Assembly: GCF_964355755.1 (NCBI RefSeq)
Contig: NC_092670.1
Location: 29,934,388-29,998,387, forward strand
DNA from: Antedon mediterranea
Taxonomy: Eukaryota > Animalia > Echinodermata
Reading direction: 5' to 3'
Length of the DNA stretch: 64,000 nucleotides
In this document: positions 39,901-54,900 of the stretch, one piece after another
Layout: every line of letters starts with the position of its first letter
How positions within the stretch are numbered: position 1 is the first letter of the stretch
Notes under the pieces: generated by a model
What the model was told of the DNA's origin: nothing
The model's database searches: none
What the model saw: only the letters and a program-made list of their open reading frames with translations
Translations under genes and position numbers: made by a program

Positions 39901-42900
39901 GTTAGTATTATTATTATTATTATTAATTTAATCATTATCAAATTTCCAAAATGTTTAATTATTGGAATATGGTGTATGTTTTTTTCTGGTCTTGTTTAGT
40001 GCTGTATTTGATATTTTCTTCTTTAGTGATTTGAGCTGGAACTATATCACATCATTAGAAGGTTGTCAACTTCCTTCAGTTGGGAACATGTTAATGAACA
40101 AAAATAATATTCAACGTGTCTAAAAAAATGTATTTGCCAATATTTCATCGCTTGAAATGTTGTAAGTATAAACTAGCATGGAATTTAATGATGCCATATC
40201 ATCGGTTCTTAATTATTATCAGTGTCAGTGTCAATGTCAATGTAATTGTTATTGTCGTCGTTGTTGTCATCATTTCCGTTGACATTGTCGTCGTCGTTGT
40301 CGTTATTATTACTTTTCTTTAGCTATTTGAAAAAGAGTATGGATTAGAATTACCTTTTAAGTAAAAGTGCAATTTATGAAAGATGCATACATTTGTTTCG
40401 AAATGTGTACCGAGTTATTTAATGAGCCCGGATATATTGCATCCTCGTTGATCAGTTCAGTGGAGTAATCAAACAAATATGTGTATATTTTTTTAGGATG
40501 CTTGTAGGCAACAACATTACTGTTATCGAAGAAGGAGCATTTAGTGGAACGAATCTTCGCTTTCTGTAAGTTTGTATTTAGCATTTCTTATCCCAAATCA
40601 TTATCAGTCTGTTATTCATTGACTGCTGGTGAGCACTTCGTAAACATAGATTTATATATAAAGATTGTCATAGGGAATTAAATGCATTGTGTTTATACCA
40701 ATTGTGGGTTAGGGTTAGCACTAAGCTTGATTATGTTGCAAATGTATCTTATATAGACCTTTGGTCACGCTAATTTCAGTGAATTCGAATTTCTTACGAT
40801 TGCGTCGTTTTTACATTGGAAATTGAAAATCGACAGGAAAGCGATTGTAAAAAAGCTAAATGTCAAAACGACGTAGAGCAAGTAGAAATCATCGTAGTAC
40901 AGGTATTTGACAGAAACTCGGTGACTAAAATTCCATTTGTTATTCGACGGTTTGACAGTACGATGCAATTTTACAACATTACGATTACGCTCACGAAATT
41001 TGACTTCAAGTCAACTTTCTTAATCGTAAACCCAATTATCGTAAAACCAGCCAATTAGAGACGGGGATTATGCGACGTTGACAAGCATCCACAGCTTCCA
41101 AAGGTGAAATACAGTACAAAGGGGCAATCCGAAGGTGCTGTGGGAATTGTTGAAAACGAATAAGTAAAAATATAGCACAATGAGGTGACACAAAAGCTCT
41201 GACAACTATAACAAAATTGCCACTTGTCACTTCTTATATAAACATAGTAAAAATATGATCGAATCTATATATACATTTACGTAAGGGCAAAATTCGGTAA
41301 ATCGCGCGTTACTTTTAGAATTTTTATTCGATGGTATAATATAAAGTTGGTTCGTACGTTCGGCACTGATTTGAACCTAAAGGCTGGTTTCCTGTCGACG
41401 TAAGAAGTCGAATTTTGCAACGATTCTTGCGTTTCATACGTTTCTTACGTCTCTTACGAAAGTTGAGAAAAAATTGACGTCGTTGACGTTAGTCAAGATC
41501 GTGTCGGGCCGCAGAGAAACATCTGTAGTTATGCTGCTCCCGAAAGTTGAAATTTTGGCTGTGAAACACACGTCGTATGCTTACGTCGATTTTAGTGTTG
41601 TTACGAAAGTTGAAATTTTTTTCTTACGTCGGTCGGATTTATGACGTATTTGAAACAACATCTCTGATTGGTGTTTCTTAGAGCGGGTTTTATCATTTTT
41701 CGCGCAAAATGTTGAATGTTGTTATTGTAGCCTACCTGTCAGTGCAGCACACCAACATGTTATTTTCAGTAGATAAGCAAGGTCCTAGTATTAGTAAAAT
41801 ACTTAATTAATACTGTATGGTACCGTACTAATAGGAATTGATTTGACCAAATAATCAAACTAGCCTAGGCTAGTAGGCCTATGTATTATTTGTATGAATC
41901 AAAATATGAATTAATTATCCTGGCCCTCTAGGCCTAGCCTTAAATAGTTTTCAAAATTAAAAAAAGGCAAATCATTTCGAGATTCCTATTATTATTAGAC
42001 CTACCTAGGCCCTAGACTAGGCATTGGCCTATTGGCCTATAAGCATATATAATCGAGCATGAGATAGTACTACCGCAGTAAGATACCCATTATTTACAGG
42101 CCTAATCTATATATAAATTTACGTAAGGGCAAAATTCGGTAAATCGCGCTTTACTTCTAGAATTTTTACTCGATGGTATATAAAGTTGGTTCGTACTTTC
42201 GGTACTGATTTTAACCACCTGATGTAACCCTGTTTACTAATTAAATTAAGTTAGATAATTAGTTATTGACGATTAAAACGAATTTAGGTTCAACGATTTG
42301 CCCCAAATAGGGGTGTTTTCCGATCGTGGTATACACTGTCTAATAATGGATGTCCATCTTGAAAAATACCCGCCACAAAAATGCGAGGAGGCTTCGCATT
42401 TTCCTATCTCCTCCTACGATAATTGTTTTTAATAGCTGAAAACCGGTTGAACAGCTAGAGTACAGCATCATAATGTTGAAGACAGGCCGATTTTCTTTAA
42501 AAAATACTATTTTGATTTAATATACGATTATACAAATGTATTGATTTGCGATGAATGGAACATCCCAATCTCTCAGTCTGCCAGAGTTTGGTTTAACACA
42601 AGTAGGTAAATCTATGAGCCCTTGGTTTAACACATACGGTAGGTAAATATATGGGCCCTTTGAGAATAAACTTGAACAATACTGTAAATACCTATTATAA
42701 TTACCTATTTTTGGTCCTCATTTGAATCGAACATTTCTTACTGTGAATGTTCGTACTGTTAGATGTAATATAAAAATATATACAAATAAACTTATTACTG
42801 AGATTGTGGATAGGCTCTACTGTTAGATATATAAACACATTATTATATACAAATAAACTATACTGACATTTCCTTCTCAACGTTTGTATTAATTAATAAT

Positions 42901-45900
42901 TACCAAAAATATAAACGTCGTAGTGGTGTATCGTGACTATATTTCAATCGATTATGACAATGACAGTTTTAACAAAGTATTAAATCGCAAATGTTTTACT
43001 GTATTTAGAGGTATATTATTTATAGGCCTATAAAACATGAAAAAAATATTTCGTTACTGAGTGCATAAAGAATATATTTAAAAATTGTTACATCTAATGT
43101 TACATCTCCCTGGTTACATACAAAACACAAATTGGGTTTCTTTAAATGAGTCCAAATCAAAAATTTGGACTCATTTTGTGATAAGTTTTTCCTTCGGAAG
43201 TAATTCCCAGGGTGCTAATTTTAGTTGACTACATAAATCATAGTCCTGCGGTACGTACATTTGAAATCGCCAGTTTTGCTACTCTGAAATTACTATGTAT
43301 TCGAGAACCATCTAGTAAGAATAAATTTAACAAAACAATATAAATTATACAAAATCAAGCAAACAATTTTTTGTTAAAGTTACATATTAATATTATATTG
43401 CTTACAGGGGCTTTCTATATCTTATCTTGTTGCAAATGTTCATTTTCGCGACGTTTCTACCGATGCTGATTGTTTATTGCACGTCCATAAATAAGAGTAT
43501 TATATTTTGATATGAGTTGTAAACTCCCTGATTAGAACATGATTAGGCTAAAATTATAGTAGTAAATACATACAAATGTTATTGTCCGGCTTTATTTCAC
43601 TATAAGGACATACACATTACGTAATAACTCTTGTCGCTCATTGGTTGCTTGTTACGATTGCGCTTACGTCTCTTGCGAAAGTTGACTTCAAGTCAACTTT
43701 CGTAAGAGACGTAAGAAACGTGACGCAAGGGCTTTCATTCAAGCGTAAGATAAAAAATCCCGGTTTCCTGTAAAATCGGAAGAAAACGTCGTAACGCAAC
43801 AATTGTTAGGTCATCGGTTTCCTGTAAAATCGTTTGTCGTTACCATTTTTCTTACGTTGCGTCGATTTTATAAATTTTCGATCGTAATCGGTTTCCTGTA
43901 AAATCCGCATTTCTTACGACAAATCGACGTAGTCGCAACAAAAGTGATGTTCTTACGTCGACAGGAAACCAGCCTTAATTAAGTTGAGTTAGATATTAGT
44001 TATTGACTATCAAAACGATTTGAGGTTTTAACGATTTGCCACAAAAAGGTGTGTTTTCCGATCGTGTTATACACTGTCTAATGGATGCCGATGCTGAAAA
44101 ATATCCGCACACAATAATACGAGGATGCTTCGCATTTACCTATCTTCTTCTACGATAATTGTTTTTAATAGCTGAAAACAGCTCCAGTACAGCATCGTAA
44201 TATTGAAGACAAACCGATTATCTTTAACAAATACTATTTTGATAGATCTATAGAAATTAAACAGGCGATTTCAAATGTACGTACCACAGGACAATAATAC
44301 ATGTCGTTTACAGGAACTATAATATACACGGTGATTTATGTAGTCAACCAAAATTAGCACGCTGGGAATTTCTTCCGAAAGAGAAAGTCACAACATGAGT
44401 CAAATTTAAATAAACCCATGTTTTGTATGTAACATTAGGGTCGAGGGATGGAGAAAAGGATGGATGGAAAGAGGAACACTTTTTAAAATATTCATTATCC
44501 ATTCAGTAATGAAATAATTGTTTTCATGTTTTACAAATAAATACCACTAAACACAGTGTCACAAAATAAGTCCAAATGTTTTAGTCAAATTTAGACAAAT
44601 AGTCGATTGAAATAGTAAAGTACGTACATTGAAAGATACAGCACTACGACGTTTATATTTTTGTAATAACAGTTTTAATTAATACAAACGTTGAGAAGCA
44701 ACTGTCAGTAATAAAGGTGTTTATATAATGTAAAACAGTTTGTAAAAACACCTCTATTCGGGACAAATCGTAAATTCGCTTTAATCGTCAATAAATATTT
44801 GTCTAACTCAACTTAATTAGTAGGCCTAATGGTTTTCAAGTGTTTCTTAGAGCCAATTTATGCTTAAAATTGGTTCCTGCACACCAAAGTTGTTCTGCGT
44901 TAGGGCATGTGATTCTTCGTACTGTAGGCCGATCCTAATTGATTTAGTATCTTAGAGCCAGTTCATACGGTACTTAGTTATTTACACGGGTAAGTTGGTT
45001 CCTACACACCAAAGATTGCGGTAACTGTTCTCAAGAATGCAACTAACTCGGATAAATAACTATAATGATTAAACCGGCCCATATAAGGTTATGTGATACA
45101 GCGGTTTTGGTAAAAGCATTGAGAAAAAGGTTACGCGCGATTTACTGAAATTACCTAATACGAATATAAATAAAACTCAAAATATGTCCTATAAAAAAAA
45201 TTGTAAAAATGAACACAAAGCAAATGAATAGAGTCAAACACGACGTAATCTGTAGCCAAATATAATTGCCATCATGACAATTTTAAAATTAAAAATAAAC
45301 TCTAGACTTGAATATTGTCTGTATTGCATGATATTGGCCTGCCAATCATGTCTCATTATTTAATATGATGGAGTGGTATCTTCATATTTATAAAATTCGC
45401 ATCAAACATGGATTGTTTTCTTACAACAACGTCTTGCAATTACGGAATACTATAATATATATTTGTTGTATACTATTACTGATACATCTACTGGTATTAT
45501 TAGCATTATATATTTTAACTGATCAATTGAAACATTAAGTTGAGGGGGAGGTTGGTGATGTGGGTGGTGGTTGAACTGCAATAATAAAGTTCATTGTACA
45601 GGTATAGACGGCGACTGAAAACGCTAGCTCATTATCTGTTTAAAATACCTAGATCCGACCTCTGCAGTCACAGATTTAAACTAGAGGGTACTCCGAGAGT
45701 ACAAACCTCCGCCTACTGTAAAATTCCCCTACATAAAATTTTCCCGGAAAAAATATATATATTTTTAAAATTTTTTGTTTGTTTAAAGTGTAAATAGGCT
45801 AACTTCACACTACAAAGTTGTGGATGAGAGTTTGGTGTAATGGTTAAGTATCCAGCCTCTCACAGATGAGATCGCTGGTTCAAATTCCATTGAGGGCATT

Positions 45901-48900
45901 TTTTTTTATTATTATTTTTTTATTTCTTTTTTTGTTTTGATTTTTGTGAACATTGATCTTTGACCCTGACCCTTCAAAATTTAACCACAATTATATGATG
46001 AGTCATTGATCACTGTGGCTAAGTTTGGTGAGATTTCAATAAAAACTGTGGTCTCTAGGCAGTAAAATAATTTGTTGTTAGTTGTGACCTTGACTTATGA
46101 CCTTTTCCCCTCAAATTCGAACTCGTCCGAGCTTTTGAGGCATATATCACACACACATACAGGGGTGAAAACATAACCTCCTTGGCGGAGGTAACAATCG
46201 AATTGAATTTCTGTTTTGAGTGTACTTGTCTTTGTGTTATTACGCCTGCGGGAATAGACGCTTGTAGAAGAAAGATTGGAATGTTTCATTCACCGCAAGT
46301 CAATTAATTGTATAAACTTATATATTAAATCTATCAAAATAGTATTTTTGAAAGAAAATCGGCGTGTCTTCAATATTATGATGCTGTACTCGAGCTGTTC
46401 AACCGGTTTTCAGCTATTAAAAACAATTATCGTAGGAGGAGATAGGTAAACGCAAAGCATCCTCGTATTATTGTGTGCTGGTATTTTTCAAGATGGACAT
46501 CCATTAGACCGTGTTTACCACGATCGGAAAACACCCCTATTTGAGGCAAATCGTTGAACCTTAATTCGTTTTAATTGTCAATAACGAATTATCTAACTCA
46601 ATTTAATTAGTAAACAGGTGGTTTAGTACCGAAAGTACAAACCAACTTTATATACCATCGAGTAAACATTTAGAAGTAACGCGCGATTTCCCGAATATTA
46701 CGTACATTTATATATAGATTAATAATTTCAAAATATAAACGTGTGGTGTATCGTTACATGTACTTTAATATTTCAATCGACTATGACAGTGACAGTTTCA
46801 ACAAAGTATTAACTTGCAAATGTTTTACTTTGTTTATGGGTATATTATTTATTAAACATAAAACAAATATTGCGTTACGGATAGAGAATATATTTAAAGT
46901 TGGTTGGTAAACTGATCGGAACGCCTAATCGTAAGAAAACGTCGCAATCGTAAGCGGAACCAGATTTAACGTTGACTTTAATTACCAACCCAGGGTCAAA
47001 TGTCAGATACCATGATTTCTAAGGACAGAAAACTTCTCTCCTAAAGACTTGTTATAAGACTTAGCTGTTGCATATAAGCATCTCGTATGCATGTGTTGTA
47101 TTTGATTATTTAGAGAGATGTCGCTTTATTATAGCCACTAGCGGCTTTATGGCCGGCTATCTTTGATTAATTGTTGTTATATTGTTTTGCAGATTCCTTT
47201 ATGGCAATGAAATAGAAAAAATTACAAATGGGATGTTTAAAACTGAAAATACAACGCTAGAATACATGTAAGATGTGTTACCGTTACAAAATAACTTTCA
47301 ACTTTTAAATAAATCCTAAAAAGAACTTTAAAGAAATAACTAATCTGTAAGTATACATTGACCAAGAAAAATCACCGTTTTGTTCCCTCAGATATCTATT
47401 TGACAATAACTTAAAACAGATCGAAACAAGTTCTCTCTCCTCCCTGGCAGAAAACGGAACAATGTACGGTAACATGGATGGTTTTTTTTGTTCCAATAAA
47501 ACAATTGTAATGGTCAACAATGTGATTAAATATTAAAGTGTAATCTTAATGCTGGTTATCAGTCGACGTAAGATTAAGAGTTTTCAACACGTCTAAAGTT
47601 TTGTACGATTCTTACGTCTCTTTTGCAAAGTTGAAAAAAAATATGACGTCAATGGCGTTTGTCAAGTTCGTGTCGGTCCGCTCGCAAACTGCTGTAGATA
47701 TGCCTCTCCCGAAAGTTAACATTCTGAATTTAAAATTCATGATGCGCGTTTACGACGATTTTAGTGTTGTTACGAAAGTTGAAATTTCATAAAAACATTC
47801 AACTATTCATGACCATTTGAAGCATCGCCTCTGATTGGTGTTTCTTTATCGAGTGGGTTTTCTTATATTTGTATTTCAAATAGTATAAAAGGTACCTATT
47901 GCGTATCCCCATGCACACGACTGTACTAAAGATGCGATGAATGTGATATAATTACAAATATTAAAAAATAATTAAAATGATTGAAGAATACTGTAAATGA
48001 AAATACCAAAGTTTATACTGTTTTAAAAGGAGTTTTTCTAATCAATATCTGCATAATTATCATAGCGGATATTTTGATTTTAGCGAATTAATTTGCATTC
48101 AATTCAACAACTGTAAACTTCAAGAATCAAGGCTCAAATAACATAGCATTGATTAAATAAGCTCAAATGAACTGCATGCTGAAAAATAATGACGTCATAC
48201 ACATTATGCCATATAAATCCATGTATCTCATTGTTTTGTTTTTACGATAGCGCTTCCGTCTCTTACGAAAGTTGACTTCAAGTCAAGAAACGTAAGGAAC
48301 GTGAAGCACGGGCGTTTATTGAAACGTAAGGTCAAAACATCCTGGTTTCATGTAAAATCGGCAAAAATCGTCGAAACACATACAATTTTCTTACATTGCG
48401 TCAAAAACCAACTTTCTTATGATAAGTCGACGTGATCGTACCAAAACTGTAACGTCGACAGGAAATAATGTCTGTGAAGTTGGTTACTAGTTCCTTATTC
48501 AAATTCAATTAAATGGACAGTCACAAATATTAAAAAAAACAGATTTTAATACGTAATAACTGTCCAATTGAGTTGTTATTACATCAACATGTTAACCTAA
48601 TCTACCATTTTCCAACCTAGTTCCGCGAAATGTTTTGCATCTACGCCCTCTTCGGCGAAAAAGTAACTGGCTTTATAACACTTGACCTACTTAATTTTGT
48701 CACTATATTTTTGTATGGATCGATGACACTTGACCTACTTTACGATTTTCAAAATAAAAAAAAACAACTTTAAAAACGTATTGGTTTCAAAATGATTTTC
48801 AAGTTAAAGTAGGCCTACTAGTAAAATTATTGATTTATTGATAATTCTGACGTTTCTTAATACATTCTTGATTTGCAACCCAAGTTCCGCGAACTTTTGT

Positions 48901-51900
48901 GCATCTACGCCCTCTACGGCGAATAAGTAACTGGCTTTTACGAACGATATCCATACCAAAATATTGTGAAAAAATGAAGTAGGTCAAGTGTTATAACGTT
49001 TTTACATTTTTTAGGTTAATGTCATTTAAGCAGTTATAACATAATATATGACGTCACAACGACCTTATGACGTCATAGGTACGTCATATGATAATTAAAT
49101 TATCCTACACATTTATAACTACTCGTAATGCACTTACAGTATGTGGTCTATAAGTAAAACCGTTAAGGAGATAATATACAAGACTTCAAAATGGTAAGTG
49201 GCGGCCATTTAACCCACTTCCCGATGTCCGATGTTGGTAAACATTGGATATGATGTTAATTTGGACAATATCAACGAGGCAAAACAAAAAGAAATTCTGT
49301 TGCAATTTGTTGTAGGTGCAACCATACTTTTACTGGACTATGGTAAAATACTATTTTAACTTGCTATGTTAAAGATATAATTGTCCCCCTAAAAAATAAT
49401 TTTTTGTTGTTGAATATGCCATTTTAATATAACATAATAGTTATTCACTATGACCAAAAACTTGATCCAAAAAAAAAACCATTTTCCACCAAAAAAATGT
49501 AATTTAAAGCAAAATATACCTAAATTGTCTGGAAGACAATGGTTTTTGGTTGAAATTAACCATTTCTTTTGTCTTTTTATAAGTGAAATAATTATTTTTG
49601 ATGATTTTTTTTTATACAGAAGTGAATAACTTTATTAAAACTGTGAAATTTCCTATTCAAAATCTGATTATATTAATCTTTATTTTTTCATGTTTTTTTG
49701 GGGACAATACATCTTTAATTAAAAGTCAAGTTATAAGCCAAAATACGTTTAAAATGATGGCGGCCATCTTGGATTTCAACATGGCGGCTGGAATAAAATA
49801 TTTACAACTTTAATAACAATTATTATTTGGAATCTTCACTATCACAAACATAGGTATAGACACCATTTTTAACTTGCTACGTCACTTAAAAGTAAAGTTA
49901 TAAGCCAAAATAAGTCTGAAATGGCGGCCATTTTGTTTTTCACGTTTTAAGGGTGAAGATCTAAAAATTGAGCAGGGTAAACACATGTTTTTTTACTTTT
50001 AACAAAAAATGTCTACAGCATTTCATTTTTCTCAAATCTGGACGGACTAGTCTATAATTGAATTTGAATAAGGAACTCGGAACTAGTAACCAACTTAACA
50101 TACATCATGAAATCAGCCTTTAATCTTCATTAACAACTATTGTTAGCCTTATTAATGTACGATCATGTTATACAGTGTATAAAATAACGCAAGGACGTAC
50201 TTTAATCAGACTCAGATCAAACGTTTCATATCTTTTGCCGACCAAACCCATAATGTTACAAAATAAGGTGGCATCCAACATGTACGCCAACTAAAAACAC
50301 ATCACATGCATCTACTTTTAAAACGTCGTAGTCAACTGGCAAGCTAATCGTCGCCCAGGGACTGCGGTTTGGGTTCAATTTGGCTCGTGATTAGTTGTGA
50401 TTTAAATGACCTATCAACCAATTTTTAAATCAAGAACTCTTAATTTTCTGTCGTCCGATTTTGATGAAATTAACAACATAACTAATTTTGACTACCAATT
50501 TACAATACCCTCTAACATTCATCATTGTCTTATTTAGATATCTTAACTGTGGTGAACTTCGATCCATTCCTACTAATATTGGCAAACCTATTAACAAGTA
50601 TGTACCATTTATATAGTTACAAACAAAAATAAGTGAACATGTAACTAATTATACAATGTAAATAGACCACCAGCTGTCTTGAATTTGACTGAGATTGTTT
50701 AATATTTGTATATATATATATAATTACTGTTTTTGCCTGATTTGTGTGTATATATATATATATATATATAAATCATACTGTAAATTATAGAAACAGTGCT
50801 CATATTCGGAACATGATCTCATAATCGCGTCGAGCATAACTCATTGGCGAAAGTTCCGTATTTTTTAGTTGTATGAAAAAATGTCTCTGGCGGGATTCGA
50901 ACCTGCAACCTCTCGCTTACAGGGCGAGTTTCATACCCATTAGACCACAGAGCCATGTGTGGTATTATCACAGATTTTCACCCACCAGATACATTCTCTC
51001 ATACAACAAACGCCCTTTACACACAGTGCTACGCAACATCATTGATTTACATATACACAATATTATTTAAAAAAGCCGTTGCGAATTAAAGTTGGAATTT
51101 ATTCTGACTTGTTAAACCTCCACTGATTGTGAGGGCGTTTGTTGTATGAGAGAATGTATCTGGTGGGTGAAAATCTGATTATGTTGATATATGACCAAGA
51201 TTCAATAATCAATATTATTGCTGCAGGGTCCTATTATGGGAACACAACATGAGAGGGGTAAAAAATGTATTTAATAATGTGAAAAGTCACACGGATAAAA
51301 GTTGTTGGACATCGTTCACATACAATGTTAAAATATAAATGACAGCAAATCTATCTTGAAAGTTGGCCAAGACAGAGCCCCGAGTGAACACTCAAAAATA
51401 TTGTTATTCATGTTAAGAGCCAAACGGCTAATTCATTTTGCATTGTAACTGTTACACGTTGGGATGGCATGCACACAAATATTATTGGCTGCAATTTTAT
51501 CCTTTAAGTTGTCCCAGACAGTAGCCCAAAAATGCCCGTTGAGTCCTACAAGATTAATCATATGAAGGGCCACGGCCAATTCCTTTTTGATTGGAACTGT
51601 TACGTCTTGTCATATACGAAAATACTCATGACAGCAACTTTATTTTGTAAGTTGGCCCGGAAAGTAGCCCAAAAATGCCCGTTGGGCCCTACAAGAGAGT
51701 TACACTGATATTCCCCTTGAAATATACGAACGTATTCACGAAAGCACCTTTATCCTGTAAGTTTCCCCAGACACTAGCTCAAAATTTTCGGATAACATTG
51801 CATTGAAACCATTACAGTACACCATTTCTCTCTAGGATTTAATCATTTGAAGAGTTACAGGGATAGGATAAACTTTTATGATCGCAAAACCTACCTCACA

Positions 51901-54900
51901 CCAACCCGCCCGTCTAATTTAAGCTTTTTCAAAATAAAAAAAACAACTTTAAAAACGTATTCAAAATTCAAAATGATTTTCACGTTAGTAGGCCTACTAG
52001 TAAAATTATTGATTTATTGATAATTCCGTTTCAAGTTAACACCTATTTTAAAAATTCTATACAAATACAATATTTGGTACGGTACATTACAACAAAAACT
52101 ACTTTTCCTACCAAAATTTCAATTACAGGTATAGCATAGTATAGGTTAAAACTGTAATATTACTGCTTGGTTTCACAATCTATTATTTGTAATGTGTGTA
52201 GGCTGTTTCTATTCATTTACGTTTTTTTTTTATTGTAAAATCTTTCTGTTATTACATAATTCTGTACTATAAGGCCAAATAATAACATAGGCTACAGTAT
52301 AAATAATTAAGGTTAGGCGAAAACACTTATGTCTTAATTATCACTAATCATCATCGTCCTCATATACACTCTCAGTGTCACCACTCTATGGCTGGCTATC
52401 ATAGTAAATATCGTCTATTTCACTATCTTTTGGAATATCTGTATCTGAATCATACGACTACGTTACTTTATTCGTTTTCGTTCCTTCAAACCAACCAGCC
52501 ACATAATGACCATCGCCATCGTCAAGACATCCAAAATTCAGCGGATGCAGATGTTTTGTTGGTTATGGGGTGTTTGTTAGCCTTCATATCCACCCTAGAT
52601 ATATACTTTTCCCGTAAAATATGTTGATCAAGTGTTTTGCTGCATGATTGTAAAGATGACCAGTTATTTTCTTTCCCTGGACATTCCTCTTCTTACCCTT
52701 TGTCATGTTATTAATTTAATAATGTTACCTTACCTCATTTATGCCATGTAACTGTTTGAACTGGAATATGTATGCAGTGATTTATTTTATCAAATACTTC
52801 ATCACTACCAAGTAATCTTAACGCACAATAAGTTTTGATATTTTTAGTCGCGTGGACGCGACTCTATAGTTCACTATGTCGGTCGGTTGGTCGGTCTGTC
52901 TGTCTGTCTGTCTGTCGGTCTGTCTGTCTGTCTGTCTGTCGGTCCGGTATCACTATGCGTTTTATCGCTTTCTGACCTTATCTTGATATCAGTTTAATCT
53001 AGCTAAGTAATATTTTCACAGAATATTCCTTATGGCCAGGTGGTTATGTTTTCACGGTGCGCAATAAAAAATTACGCGGTCTACGCACGATTTAACGAAA
53101 TCACGTTTGTAATCATATCTTAACAACCATGAATCACAATTAAATAAAATTTGGTACTCATAAATTGCAGGGCATAAATCATCATATGGCAATACAATTA
53201 CGTGCGTAGCGCATGTAACGCATGCGTACGCGCGCTTAAAATTTTCAAAAAATGTTATTTCGCACTCTTTTGGCCCGATTTCTGTTTTCTTGACTTACTT
53301 TTCAACTCGAAATTACGTTATACGAGCACGTCAAAAGTGACAGGCTACGCACGTGTAAATTAAAAAAATATAAATGTTTTTAAACATTTCAACATTTTTA
53401 AACATGTTCAGTAATTTCGGTCAGTATAGTTCACTATGTCGGTCGGTCTGTCTGTCGGTCTGTCGGTCTGTCGGTCTGTCTTTCGGTCTGTCGGTCTGTC
53501 TGTCGGTCCGGTATCACTATGCATTGTGCACGCGACTTAATGGCTGTTGGCCTTGTTTTTCTAAATAGGTGAATAGCATTGACTTTACTTTTCTTTAAAA
53601 AGCAGACTTGAAATCGCATATCGTTGTCGTGGTATATTTGTAACGTTGATGATTAGCTTTCGACTGTTAGCTGAACCGTAATCCATTCCAATATTCGACG
53701 TTTCTGGCATTCTATGGGAGAAACCTGCCGGTACAACAAGTCTGTGTCAGATGAGCACCGTACAACAATTTTCCCTCCAATAACGTCAAAAGTGTGTCTG
53801 CTCCTTCATGGCAGTTTTAAGTTCGGCAGGCTTCAAGTTTAACCACCAAATTACGATTTATTGTGATACATTTACCACCATGTGAAACAAATAGGTCTTG
53901 TCACCTATTATTGGACCATAGTGATCATTCTGGACATCGTTTATAAGAAACTGTGCCAGATCTTCCTTACAATTTTCTCTAATTTTATCTAATAGATCTA
54001 TTACTTTCTGTTGTTGAACTGTTCTATTGTTAATTTAATTTAATTCTTTAATATTTTGATATCTTTGATATATGGTTCTATATATTTTTCCAAGAGCAGG
54101 TGAAGATAATTTTCACTGACGAAACATACCAATCATTGTATCTACAACACTTTTCCCATAGACACATAGACTTCCTTTAAACACAGCCATACTCTGTTTA
54201 AGTGAGACTCAAACCAACGACGGAATGCACTCTCTGAGATGGCTCTTTGTGTGATTAAATCTTGTAGGCATTATTTGGCTATTGTCTAGACCAACTTACA
54301 AGATAATGTTGTTGTCATGAGTATTTTCGTTTTTTCCCCCAAAGCGTAACAGTTTCAATAGAAAGGGAATTGCCAGTGAAGCCATTCGTGTGATTAACGC
54401 TTGTAGGGTCTAACGAGATTTGTTTGGCTACTGTCTGGGACTAATGTCTGGACTTAGGCTACAAGATAAAGTTGCTGTTATGAGTATTTTGTATTTCTCA
54501 AGGCGTAGCAGTTCCGATAAAAAGGAAATTGGCCGTGTGGTTTTCGTGTGATTAAATCACATGTTCGATATTCATTAAGTCAATATGGATCATGATGGTG
54601 ATGTTTATATACCCACAACTAATTTTTTTTTTGCTAGTGTTTGTGTTACAAAAGATTCAGAGATCGATATAAATATTGGAATGTTATTGAAGTTTATCGC
54701 TAGAGGAACTGGATTGTCATGTAATCCCACAACCGAAAAGTGCAGTCCTTGTAAGGAAGGGACATACAAGATATGTAATAAGTATAAGTATAAATGTCAT
54801 ATGTGTCCTCCAGGTAACTTACAAGTGTAAATTATTCTTTGTTTATTTCATTTCTTCAAATATTTAACAATAACGAAAAAATTATAGACGTAAACAAATT

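Larger units (their letters stand above)
41264..44245 (+). mobile_element. Helitron-like repeat interrupted by a Harbinger-like element
   Basis: Starts ATCTATATATACATTTACGTAAGGGCAAAATTCGG like the copy at 42106. Similarity breaks at about 41378 and resumes after 43978. Confidence 0.55.

Noticed and set aside
50882-50954. Functional tRNA-Thr gene
   Set aside because: Mismatches in acceptor, D and T stems and a repeat context favour a pseudogene or SINE head.
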